Of a stretch of DNA of 64,000 bases, positions 43,006-54,712 are shown in pieces. Every line of letters starts with the position of its first letter. Position 1 is the first letter of the stretch. The position numbers and the translations under genes are program-made. Source of the stretch: Antedon mediterranea (taxonomy: Eukaryota > Animalia > Echinodermata). The stretch lies in NCBI RefSeq assembly GCF_964355755.1, contig NC_092672.1, positions 22,767,237 through 22,831,236 of the forward strand. The letters are read 5' to 3'. Below the pieces are notes generated by a model that saw only the letters and a list, made by a program, of their open reading frames with translations, searched no databases and was not told the origin of the DNA.

Positions 43006-44369
43006 TAAATAAAAAAATAAACCGCTATGGAGAGATTATCAGCATTAACTACTCAACGAAGAACGTCCCATTACCATCACAGAAGGACTATTTACAACGA
43101 CTTATCGAAAAAACCGAGCAATTTTTACGCAGAATGCGATGGAAGGCCCACTTCTTCCTTAATTCCAGTACCACCGCATCATCCAAGCAAACATTTGGCT
43201 TCAAGTCTACCAAAAACCCACCACCGATCGATGAACTATACGAATTTGAAGATGACATACTCCATCTGATACAATCGACAACATTCAAAAACGCAGAAAA
43301 CCCTCTACTCAACAAGTTAAAAACCGACTCCAAGAAAATTGAAAACGAGCCCAAACTTTTAATTGCAGCCGACAAAACCACAAATTTCTACAAACTAGAC
43401 CCACCGACGTATGACAACCTCCTAGAAGAAAACATCACCAAATCATACAAGAAAGCAGAACCTGCACTCGTACAGACGATTCATAGAAAAAACAAAAGTA
43501 TTGCAACAAAATTGAACATCGCTGACAGAGTGGATACAACTGCAAATAAAGATGCTTTCATAACCCTCAAAGACCACAAACCGAACTTCACTAACAAACC
43601 TACTTGCCGATTAATAAACCCGACCAAATCCGAGATAGGCAAGATAAGCAAAACTATACTCGATCGTATTAACAGCAAAATTACATCAAAACTTCGCACC
43701 AATCAATGGAAAAATACCTCATCGGTCATCGAATGGTTTAAGAGCATCGACAAGAAACAACAACACAACTTTATATGCTTCGACATCGTAGAATTTTACC
43801 CCTCTATCAGCAATGACCTGCTGAATAAAGCACTAGACTTCGCTAAAAGATACGATGATATTACCAACGACGAAAGAGACATCATCGTACATACCAAAAA
43901 ATCAGTACTATCACACAAACAGCAACCATGGCAAAAGAAAGGCCCACAGCATTCGATGTGACTATGGGTAGTTATGATGGCGCAGAAACATGTGAACTTG
44001 TTGGAAGCTTCCTGTTACACCAATTACAACAGAAACTAGGAATCAACATAGGACTTTACAGAGATGACGGCCTTGCAGTCACAGACACCACACCTAAAAG
44101 CACAGAAAATATTAAAAAAGACATATGCCAAATATTCAAAGATAACGGCCTACGCATTACCATAGAAGCAAACAAACAAGTCATCAACTTTTTAGACGTC
44201 ACACTCAACCTAGCGAAGAACACATACCAGCCCTACACCAAACCAAACGCCACGTTACAGTATATCCATCAACAAAGTAACCACCCACCGACCATCCTAA
44301 AGAATATACCCGCCGGGATAAACAGGCGACTCTCGTCCTTGTCATCCGACAAGAATTCATTCGACCAAG

Positions 44370-44681
44370 TGAGTGAGTGGCCGAGCGGTTAAGACAGTGG
44401 AACCGCAATTACGTAGCCATAAACATCGGCATAGGTTCGAGGCTCACTCACTCCATGGTTCTGGTGGTAGAACGAGTCTTCTCGGATAAGGACTATAAAC
44501 CGTAGGTCCAGTGTACACATCTAGCTCGTGTGCACTTTAAAGAACCTAGTACATCTTTCGAGACGAGTAGGGGGTTACCCCGGTGTATAGTACATCACAG
44601 CCACTGATCACCAACTGGGCCCTCTGGGAGACCAGTCTTTGACTGAAGAGGTTACGCAGTATAAATATATATTTCAATTCA
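44370..44681 (+). mobile_element. tRNA-headed SINE with a Deu/Nin-like central domain, inserted in the Penelope ORF
   Basis: A box TGGCCGAGCGG, B box GGTTCGAGGC; tcggataaggactataaaccgtaggtcc...gagtagggggttaccccggtgt; removing it restores SFDQ|AAPVYQ; short aag duplication. Confidence 0.88.
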
Positions 44682-45543
44682 AAGCCGCCCCTGTATACCA
44701 GAAAACTCTCAACGACAGTGGATACCAGTACACACTAAAATACGAGCCGGTAACCCAGACAAGACAGAAAAAACAGACAACGAAAAGACATTCTGTGGTA
44801 CAACCCACCGTTCAGCAAAAACGTCAGCACAAACATTGGACAGAAATTCCTATCCCTAGTAGACAAACATTTTCCAAAAGATAACAAACTAAGAAAAATC
44901 TTCAACCGAAACACTATCAAGATTAGCTACAGTTGTATGAACAATATGAAACAGATAATAGACAGTCACAACAAGAGAATACTCAACCAGCCCGAAACAA
45001 CATCCGTGGAAAACACGCAAGAAAACAAAACATGCAACTGCCGACAGAAAAACACATGCCCGCTAAACGGAAATTGCTTACAATCATCTGTAATATACCA
45101 AGCCACAGTTACACGCAAAGACAAATCCACCTCGGAAACTTATATCGGACTTACTGAAAATGATTTTAAAACACGATACAGAAATCACACCTCATCATTC
45201 CGTAATTCACGTTCTAGAAACTCAACAGAACTCAGTAAACATATTTGGACACTCAAGGACAATAACACAGACTATACAATCTCATGGCGCATCTTGACAT
45301 CTACTAAAGCATATAGTAGCGCAAACAAAAAATGCAATCTCTGCCTCAAAGAGAAATTATTTATCATCCGCCACCCTGAATTATCGACATTAAACAAACG
45401 TAACGAACTTGTGTCCGCCTGCCGGCACAGAAAGAAAGCATTGTTACATAACAGCTGACATTCCAAAACATATCACCTGTAAATGCTAATTCTACAAGTA
45501 AATGTGCTTATAAGCAGCGTTGTAATTGATTCTTCTCATTATA

Positions 45544-45592
45544 GTCTCCTGATGAGTGAGTTGCACGACTCATGAAACAAGCCTGTAGAGAC
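45544..45592 (+). ncRNA. Minimal type I hammerhead ribozyme in the Penelope pLTR
   Basis: Stem I gtctc/gagac, CUGAUGA, stem II gtgagt/actcat, GAAAC, short near-palindromic stem III caagcctg, GUA cleavage triplet. Confidence 0.88.
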
Positions 45593-46474
45593 CAAACTGT
45601 AGTTTTTACTTCTTTTCCAGACTTAACGTATAAAAAAAAAATATATATATAATAAGAATAATAACGGGATTAAACCTCATTCTATCCTGGAGGAAGTACA
45701 ATCATGTAATAAAAGGTATCGGAGACCACAATAATAGACCAAGTCATTGTCATTATTAGGTAACACTGTTGCATAATAGTTTTGAATGTCAACGACATAA
45801 CTTATACAATACACGTCTGTTCCCAGTGTAGATAATAAAACAATATATATTTCTGGAGATTTATTATCAATACCACTAGAAACTTTGACATGTTTTAGGT
45901 ACTGAATGCATTGACAATAAAAGCATCAGAAGTTTATCATGATAAAATCATACTACAACACTGTATTTACAATACACAAGGGTGTTTTCAGGAAAGCTGG
46001 ACATATTGTACAATAGTAATGAAACTATGTATTGGCATTTAAAACTATGCAAAAGATTGTTGTCAAATTGTAGAAACAAACAAATAGATGATAGAATGAA
46101 GATCCATTATGAGTGCAATCGTGTCAGGATAATGATGTGTCATTGTTTTATATCATTATACTGGCACCTGGAGGTGAAGATCCATTTAATGGAATCTATC
46201 ACTTTTATTTTATTTTAAAAGACAGAAACATTTCGTTAAAAAGCATAAAGAGGAAAACGAATCATGTAAAGTACCTTTTATCAGTTGAGAAACAAAATAC
46301 AATTATTAAAATTAGAGTATTCCTTAAAATAAACGCCACCATTCCCTCAAATAGAACACCATGTGGAATAAACGCCCCGTCACGTCAACACATTTCATTA
46401 ACTACCATAATCTACAATTTACCAAGCATTTTGACATAATTTTATCACTTTTTGATATTAATTGTGCAGTATTT

Positions 46475-47488
46475 TTTTACATCTAGGTGGTATTTATTTG
46501 ATTATACATGTTACCATATTATACCCCAAATAAAGATGCCTCCTTTCCCCCTAAAAACCATTTTGAACAATAAATGCCTGGGGCGTTTAATCGGATACAT
46601 ATGGCAAGTTACTTCTAGCATTCTGAAAAGAACTGTTGAGCTTAACGTTTCTATCAAAATGTCCTCGGGGACAGCAATAACTAGTACTTGAAATTAAAAC
46701 AATTTAAAGTATCAGTTATTGCATAACATTACTGTCTAAGGATAAGTTGTGTAGATATGTTTTTTGTTTGAAACATTAGTAAGAGTATTTCTGTTCATCT
46801 TTTAACCACATTTTCTATTACAATGAATGTAAATATGTATATTTCGAACAATTTGATACCAAATTTAAGTTTGTACGACCTGTACTTACAGAGATATAAA
46901 GATGCCCTGGTATGTGGGTCAAAGGTCAGAAATGGCATTTCTTATCATTTTTGACTAAAATGCCCCATTAGATGGAATATAAATGCATGCCTTCTGAACA
47001 TTTGAGACCAAAATTGACTTGCTGCGACCAGTGGTTGCCGAGATAAAAGTACCTTTTTTTATTTGTTCAAATAACCCTTGACCTTGATCCTTTGACCTTT
47101 TGTAACATTTTTCAAAATGTGTAACAAATAACAAAACATATATTTCGAACAATTTAAAACCAAATTCAAGTGTCTACGACCAGTAGTTACGGAGATATAT
47201 ACATGCCCTGGGTTGTGGGTCAAAGGTCATAAATGGCATTTCCGGTCATTTTTTACTAAAATGTCCCATTAGACTGAATATAAATGTATACCTTCTGATT
47301 AATTTAAGACCAAAATTACCTCGTTGTGACCAGTGGTTGTTGAGATTTAAGGACATATTTATGTTTGGTCTTATGACCTTTCACCTTGACCTTTTGACCT
47401 TTCGCCACATTTTCAAAATGTGTAACCAAGCCAAATATGATTGTTTGACCACCCTAAACCAATTTCTGATGTCAAATTCTCTGGACCT
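46475..47488 (-). repeat. Right arm of an approximately 1-kb inverted repeat
   Basis: Reverse complement of 41970-43005; ends gtcaaattctctggacct. Confidence 0.9.
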
Positions 47489-48076
47489 CAAAGTGCATAC
47501 GAAAGTTGATCTAGCTACTAGAGTATAAAATAATAGATTTTGCATTACATACAAAATAATATTCCATGTGCAAAGCTTCCAATTGAAATGAAAGTACCAA
47601 AGCAATCGATAAAATAGGATATGCTACACTCACAATAACTTGTACTAGCTAATGCCACCATCACACCATACGGCAATGAACTATTTCTTTGCTCTATGAT
47701 CGCACAAAGGATAATTTAAATATATTGAAGTTTTAAACATGCCCCTGAAAGTAAAAGTTTATACACCAAACCAATCCAGTAATTTAATATTTAAACAATA
47801 TTAAATTTAAAAAAAGTTAAATAATTTAAATACCAGGCAACAACATTTTTATGTAAAAACTGGAATAATAATAAAAATGTATACAAAAGTAGAAATAAAA
47901 TTTTAAAAAGCTAATTTGATAGTATTTGTGTGCATTGCGTATATGATCACACACACAGCAAATACAAGTTACAAATTGAATTTGAAAATTGACACTTAAT
48001 GGATGTTTAATTATATAAAATATTAATTAACCAATAAATATGTAAAAGATGTAACTTGTATGATTTTATATTTTAG

Positions 48077-48175
48077 GATGGACGCTCAGCTTTGCATTTG
48101 GCAGCTAGGACAGGTCACTCAGCCTGCTGTAACCTGCTGGTTGATGCAGGGTCAGACATCAATATCCAAGCCAGA
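48077..48175 (+). CDS. Gene 2 ankyrin-repeat exon C
   Basis: ttttAG|...|GTAAGT, 99 bp, phase 0; DGRSALHLAARTGHSACCNLLVDAGSDINIQAR. Confidence 0.93.
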
Positions 48176-48658
48176 GTAAGTTATACATTCTTTCATAGTC
48201 ATATTTTTTTATATTTTGTATTTTAAATATAATGATCTTTTGAGTAATAATATCTGCATGTTATAATGCTATTTAATGTTTTTATTTAACTGTATTGATG
48301 CTAGAATTGGCATTATTTGGAGTTTTTCAATATATTTTTTTCTCTGATATTTAGTTATAAAAATTGCTATGACACTATACATTTTGTCATGTTTAAACAT
48401 TTCCATTTAACTCTTTATAAAACAATGAAAACTACAGCAACATACTATTGAAATATAATCCTTATTCCAAAGTGTAGATATACAGTAATTAAATCGGAAT
48501 TATGTACACTTCTATTACACAAAACTTCAATTTTTTTTAGTTCATTTTCACAAAACTGTTTAATAACTTTTGAAACACTATGATTTTACCTATATATCAC
48601 ATAGAGGTACAAATGATCAAAGATGCTAGTTGATAGACATATAGACTGTATTCATTTA

Positions 48659-49220
48659 TTACCTCCGCCAAGGAGGTTATGTTTTCACCCCTGTATGTTT
48701 GTGTGTGTCTGTGAACAGCCTGGAGGCCACAGTTTTTATCCGATTCTAACCAAATTTGGACACAATGCTCTATGCCCAAAAAGCTCGGAGGAGTTTGAAT
48801 TTGAGAGGGAAAGGTCATAGGTCAAGGTCACAACTAACAAAAAACTATTTTACTGCCTAGAGACCACAGTTTTGATCCGATTCTCACCAAACTTAGCCAC
48901 AATGATCAATGACACATCATATAATTGTGGTTCAATTTTGAAGGGTCAGGGTCAAAGATCAAGGTCCACAAAAAAAAAAAAATAAATAAATAAAAAAATA
49001 AAAAAAAAAAAAAAACCTCAGTGGGGCTTGAACCAGCGATCTCAACTGTGAGAGGCTGGATACATAACCATTACACCACACTGTCATTCACAACTTTGTA
49101 GTGTGCAGTTAACATATTAACTAATAAAAAAAAATGTTTAAAAAAAAATATTCAGGGGGAATTTTATGTAGGGGAATTTTACAGTAGGCGGAGGTTTGTA
49201 CTCTCGGAGTACCTTTAGTT
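48659..49220 (+). mobile_element. HINE (non-autonomous Helentron) carrying a degenerate antisense tRNA-like segment (49015-49086)
   Basis: ttacctccgccaaggagg 5' end, GT microsatellite, 3' ggcggaggt IR plus gtactc-tcg-gagtac hairpin plus tagtt. Confidence 0.85.
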
Positions 49221-49573
49221 TTATAATTATTATCATACTCATTTGCCATACTCTTTATTCCTTTCAACAACATCACCACCAATCCCAAGAATGATGATGC
49301 AGAATTTGGTTGAGAGCTAAAGTGATCTTTTAATACACACCACGATTATAGTTCTTTGTTATTAGGTTGTAATTATTTTTTCCATATACAATATAAGATA
49401 CAGATAGTATATCTGCCACATTCATTCTTTCTTTACCGTACCTAGTTTTTAACAAATCACCTTACATAATAATTACAGTATCAAACCACTATTACAATGT
49501 CATACAAAATGTAACAAGAAATATTTCTTACAAAAAACGCTGCGTAACTTTTTGACTGGACAGTCTTCATTAA

Positions 49574-51127
49574 TCTAATATAATAGGTCGGCCAATCAAA
49601 ACGCAAGTGAACAATTGGGATTGATAGTATAGACAGAGCTTAAGGATTATATTTAAAAAATGTTTTCTTACATTTTGAAAAAAAGTATTTATTTGTTTAT
49701 AAGCCCAATTTTCCAGTCTTAATTTTACATTTTGAAAAAAAAGTATTTTATTTGTTGATAAGCCCAATTGTGCAGTCTTATTTTACATTTTGAACGAAAG
49801 TATTTATTTGTTGATAAGCCCAATTTTGCAGTCTTATTTTACATTTTAAACGAAACTATTTATTTGTTGATAAGCCGAATTTCCAGTTTAATAATAATGA
49901 CCTTCCACAGTGCTTATACCATATACATTTTACATGATATTGACCGTGGGTTCTTTACGCCTCTGATGCATTTGTTTTTATTGTAGCTTTTTAATAAATT
50001 ATTATAATTATGTTTAGGCCTAATCACACCCAATTTAATGAAACGGTCAGATTCCGATTTCAATTGAACAAAAGTAGTACTGTATTTATTATTCATTGAT
50101 AAGCCAAGGGTCCCATGGCGTTAGCCGATATCTTGAGCATTTGACTCATGTGTCAACCTGTAACACAAATCATTCTTCAAAATCTAAAGAAAGAACCTCA
50201 CACGTCTTTTTTGTGAGTGATACACTATGGATATGCCCACGGAAATAATATGTGGACATTGCAAACAATCATAGGCCTACAGCAGGGAAGAGTTAAATTA
50301 CAATTTAACTCTTCCCTGCCTACAGTAACAAACATAACATGGCTAATAAGCATAAAATTCAGACTTGTTTGTTTTCTAGTGGATTTTTATTTACTTTAGC
50401 ATGTAGAATAAAACTAGTAACAGTGGCTATATTAATAATTATACTGATTATCCTTGATGTTAATCGCGTCTAATAATAAAATGTTTTGTTGTTGATAAGC
50501 CCAATTTTTTAGCCTTGATTTTACATTTTGAACAAAAGTATTTATTTGTTGATAAGCCCAATTTTGCAGTCTTAATAATGACCCTTCCACAGTGCATTTT
50601 ACATGATATTGACCGAGGGTTTTTACGCCTCTATAGCCACTGATCAATACCATAATTAATGTACTTTTTTAAATGAATATTGAAATGTTTCAACATACCC
50701 AATTAAAAAAAACGGTCCGTTTTCGCATTCAATCTTTTAGAGAGGTTGGAGTTTCATTTTGAACGAAAGTATTTATTTGATTGATAAGCCAAATTTCTAG
50801 TCCTAATGATTTGAGATTCAACGGGTTTTGCTTTCAATTGTATAATAACATAATTATATATTATATATAAACAAATCAGGCACAGAACATTAATTCTAAA
50901 CCGCCCGGTGATATACTGAAATTTAATTAATTAATTTGTAACGATAAAGATGAGGAAATCTGTGAGAATGAGAAAAAGTCGCCCCAACCGAGACTCGAAC
51001 TCGGACCGCCTGCTTGATATGCAGATGTCCTAACCATTAGACCACTGGGGCTTTCATGGTATTGTTCGAACTCGATTGGATAGCGACTCTTTAACATTCT
51101 CGGCGTGGTACGGCGGAACAGCACTAG
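49574..51127 (+). mobile_element. Non-autonomous Helitron with about 55-bp internal subrepeats
   Basis: A|TCTAATATAATA 5' end; imperfect hairpin ttctcggcgt..acggcggaa followed by CTAG|T 3' end; repeated ttgataagcccaattt. Confidence 0.65.
50980..51051 (-). tRNA. tRNA or tRNA-like gene with anticodon ATC (Asp-type), inside the Helitron
   Basis: Full cloverleaf: GCCCCAG/TTGGGGC, GTCT/GGAC, TCTGC/GCAGG with loop ATATCAA, CCGAG/CTCGG with TTCGAGT; G discriminator; TTTTT 2 nt downstream; atypical A32. Confidence 0.6.
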
Positions 51128-51455
51128 TCCTCAGTTGTACGCACGCGCACCAGAGATCAAATTGATACGCCCTCATCTTACAGTATTTTTATTCATGAGG
51201 CGGGATATATATATAAATATAATATTAAGTATAATTATGAATTCACCAACACTTTCAGGCCCAATAACAATGATCCCGGGCCCGAGTTTTTGTAGACCGG
51301 ACTTCCATGCAGAGCCACATGTTAAGGAATATGAATCTCTTTATGATTTTAATATGGTTCGAAATGATATTACACAACAACGATTAGACAGCAACTGTGC
51401 AAGAGTCCAACTAATAAAATCGGAATGATCAATTAATTGAACATTTACAGCATAA

Positions 51456-51799
51456 GGCCCATACACTAGGACGATAACGATCGACGATAAATAGACAAAT
51501 GTGCATTTTTAATACATAAACCAAAAGAAATATAAACAATTCCTTTGATGAAAATTATATTTTCACACGTCCAATCAAATGACGTCATGATTAGTAAGAC
51601 CAATAATATCGTGACAATACAGCGATTTTATTGTTTTTATTTGATTGGAATTTGAAAAACATTATTTTTATCAAAGAAAGCATAAATGATTATCCTATAG
51701 GTCTAGAACGAAAACCTTTCTAATTTCTTTTGGTTTATGTAAAAAAAATGAATGCTATATATTTATCGTCCGTCGTTATCATCATAGTGTAATTGGGCC
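51456..51799. mobile_element. Fully palindromic MITE (Harbinger-like)
   Basis: ggcccatacactaggacgataacga / cgttatcatcatagtgtaattgggcc; inner cataaaccaaaagaaa / tttcttttggtttatg. Confidence 0.8.
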
Positions 51800-52596
51800 T
51801 TTATACAAAAAAAAATAAATTGATTACGAAATTACATGTCATTTTCACCTATCACCAAAAAACTAACCTTTTCAACACTAATTAATTGTTACGAAGCCAA
51901 TTTATATTATATATTTCATTAAAACTGAACTTTACGGTAAATGAAGAGTAAGTATCAGTTAATATGAATAATATAACTAGTAGGTCTATGAAGTTGCGTC
52001 CAGACACAGAACTGTGACATTACTATCATAAATGTTGAAACCACTTATAAAACCTTTTTTTAAAGAAAATATAATTGTGTTAGGAGAAGGCTAATAAACA
52101 AATAGATAATGTACAAACCTTTTCCTGGATTAATTAATGGAGCAGGCGTTCCTAATAATCTGCTGCTGCTACCTAGACTGATTGTTCACCTTCTGACGAT
52201 AATTGATTGGACCCCCCCCCCCACCCCCCACGGCATCTGATAACCAAAACAAAAAAATTTACCAGGACTGTTTCAATGATTTAATATCTGACGGCGTATT
52301 ATTATAACATTGGTTATGATTATTTGACAGTGATTTATTATAATACCGGCCTGGTTGACAGCAAAAACGAAGTTATTATTTATTGAACAAGATTTTACAG
52401 ATTTCCGTCTACATCTCAATAATAGAGAGTTTACGAAACACGACGGGAGCTTAGACAACGAGCGATTGACAGTGATAGCCACGCCCACTGGCGACACTGC
52501 GCCTGCGTAAGTAATTTCACCAGTTGTCGTCTAGTAGCAGACAACTGCAAAATTGCTGTTTTGCAGTTCACAGTGCACGAAAAAAAAATACAAACA

Positions 52597-53782
52597 ATGA
52601 CTTCTCAATTAGCTGCCCAAAGTATGTATATTTGGTTATGTTTATATTTAAAATGATCATCAATTAAATAATGGGATCCTAAATAATGTTTGCATCGATT
52701 TCTGATTTATGACCTAATTTAATAATAGATAAAGTTATCACTTAAAATAAAGTGCCATTTGCTGCCTAAAAAAGTAGGCTAGAAAGAATAGGCCGCAGGT
52801 TGGCGCACCTAGGCTAGGCCTAATAGCTATTACTATCTAAGCTTAGGCTACTACTAGGCCTAACTAAACTACGGCCTATTCTATGCCTAGTCCTCCTACA
52901 TATACTAAGTCACTAACTAGGCCTAGCTAGGCTGGGAAGGCCCTCTATTTTTTTACCTCCTATTCATATTGCCACGCTGTGTAGGTAGGCCAGGCCTATA
53001 ATAGGCCTAGGGCCTAGGCCTAGCTAGGCTAGACCTAGGCCTAATTGTTTTTTTTTAAATATAGGTAGGCCTAGGCTAGGCCTATATATTTTTGTGGCAA
53101 TCCAAGTTGAATGTTTAGCCTGGCTAGCATTAGACTAGGCCTAGCCTCTAATGGTAGGCCACCTACCTAGGTTGCCTACTACTGGCCCTAGCCTAGGCTA
53201 GGCCTAGTTAGTAGTATAGTACTAGCTATATGCTAGTAGGCTCGAGCAAGACACACAAATTTAGCTTTTGGCGCAACCCATCCTACTTCTAGAGACTAGC
53301 TAGGTCATACCAGTCATTTTTCATCCAGACCTGTCTACATTGGTTTACCTAGATTTGGTTTGAGGCCTAGCCTATAATATACTGAGCTATAACAACATCA
53401 ATGACAGAATACTTTTATTCTGTAGTGTTATTGATTGATATTATACATACATTTTTTATCCTATTTTAGCAAAAAAAATATCTCCAACTAAGAAGTGGTC
53501 TCCAGAAAAAGATGACCAGTTAGTGAAGGAAATGATACATTGGATCCTTTCCAGTACAGAGAAAGAAGGCAGCAACATGGAAAAGTATGGAAAGACATTG
53601 CAGGCAATCTTTCACCATCTTTCGACTTTAACTTAGATGGAAGAAATGTAAGGGATAGATGGAATCTATTAAAGGACAAGTTGAGGGCAAAATTGAATAA
53701 TGAGATAAGAGGGTCTGGTATCGCTCCATCAGCATTATCAGAAACAGAAGCTGCAATAGAAGATTTGCTAAGTCAGGAGTAA
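52597..53782 (+). pseudogene. Myb/SANT-like DNA-binding gene of the transposon (exons 52597-52621 and 53470-about 53780), frameshifted
   Basis: MTSQLAAQ|TKKISPTKKWSPEKDDQLVKEMI, then a 1-bp shift to LDPFQY...VWKDIAGNL...VRDRWNLL...GSG. Confidence 0.75.
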
Positions 53783-54250
53783 AATGCCTTAAACATAAGA
53801 TCAGAGAGTGGTGATGCAGCCACAGCACGAGCTGCAGGTGAAGAGGTCGTGAGGTGGTTTCCCGAATGATCGTAAAATCAAAACGGTACTGGGTATGACC
53901 AACTAGCGTTATTGTCACCGACTAGTCATCCATTCATATAAGTACTGATGTAGTAGCCTACCTGTACGGTGACCATATAATGTGACCCGAGGCATGACTA
54001 ACTACGACTTTTAGTTGATAGAAGATTGAAAAAATTGTTAATAAGAGTTGTACTGTATGTGGATGTTTAATGAAATTATGTCAATAATGTTTACACACTA
54101 GGCATATAAATAGGGATAAGAAATTGTATTTTTAGGTTTCTTCTATAGCCCTCTCTGTTTTTGATAAAGGTGGTCTCCCATCTAACTTAAAACCATTAAA
54201 AGATTACTTGCTGAGTCCTTTAAAGTGTATATACTGTATAAGGTAATTAA

Positions 54251-54540
54251 TAATTGTGCAATATTAAAAACAATGCAATATCAACAACTTTTAAAGTAAA
54301 CATGCTTATGTATTCTGTAGTAACATTAATATATTTTAATGTTCAATATAAAGTTTAAACAGTTGAGTTCATAATATATTTTAACAAATTGAATACACTG
54401 TATTACACACGGTACAATATTAATTGTGCAATATTAAAAACAATGCAATATCAACAACTTTTAAAGTAAATATGCTTATGTATTCTGTAGTAACATTAAT
54501 ATATTTTAACGTTCAATATAAAGTTTAAACAGTTGAGTTT
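54251..54540. repeat. Tandem duplication (period 170 bp) inside the transposon
   Basis: taattgtgcaatattaaaaacaatgc...cagttgagtt at 54251 and 54421. Confidence 0.9.
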
Positions 54541-54712
54541 ATTTACAGTACTACTATAAATAAAATTGCCCTGAGACTTTACAGTATACCTAACTTACGT
54601 GTATCAATCTGATTGTATAAATATGATCCAATGTATTACTGTATTAAAATTATTAACTTTTAAAAAGGTGTAAAATGATTTATTTTATAATTACTTGTAT
54701 TGCCTGTATAAT

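Larger units (their letters stand above)
43027..45630 (+). mobile_element. Penelope-like retroelement (RT plus GIY-YIG endonuclease), disabled
   Basis: [31 protein letters not shown]; CNC..CP...C, VIYQA, YIGLTE..FKTR, CNLCLKEK, LNKRNEL; frameshifts near 43037, 43945 and 44770, and a SINE insertion. Confidence 0.95.
39909..48624 (+). repeat. Segmental duplicate copy A, containing ankyrin exon C and about 5.7 kb of extra sequence at about 41883-47618
   Basis: Colinear with 61056-64000; 39911-40010 vs 61058-61157 differ at 5 of 100 positions. Confidence 0.93.

Noticed and set aside
44371-44455. tRNA-like sequence ending in CCA
   Set aside because: It is the SINE head; the anticodon arm does not form
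29652-48076. Search for additional hidden ankyrin exons in this intron and in 48176-63405
   Set aside because: No further AG-99bp-GT unit with an ankyrin motif was seen by eye; degenerate pseudo-exons could have been missed, and a tBLASTn search would settle it
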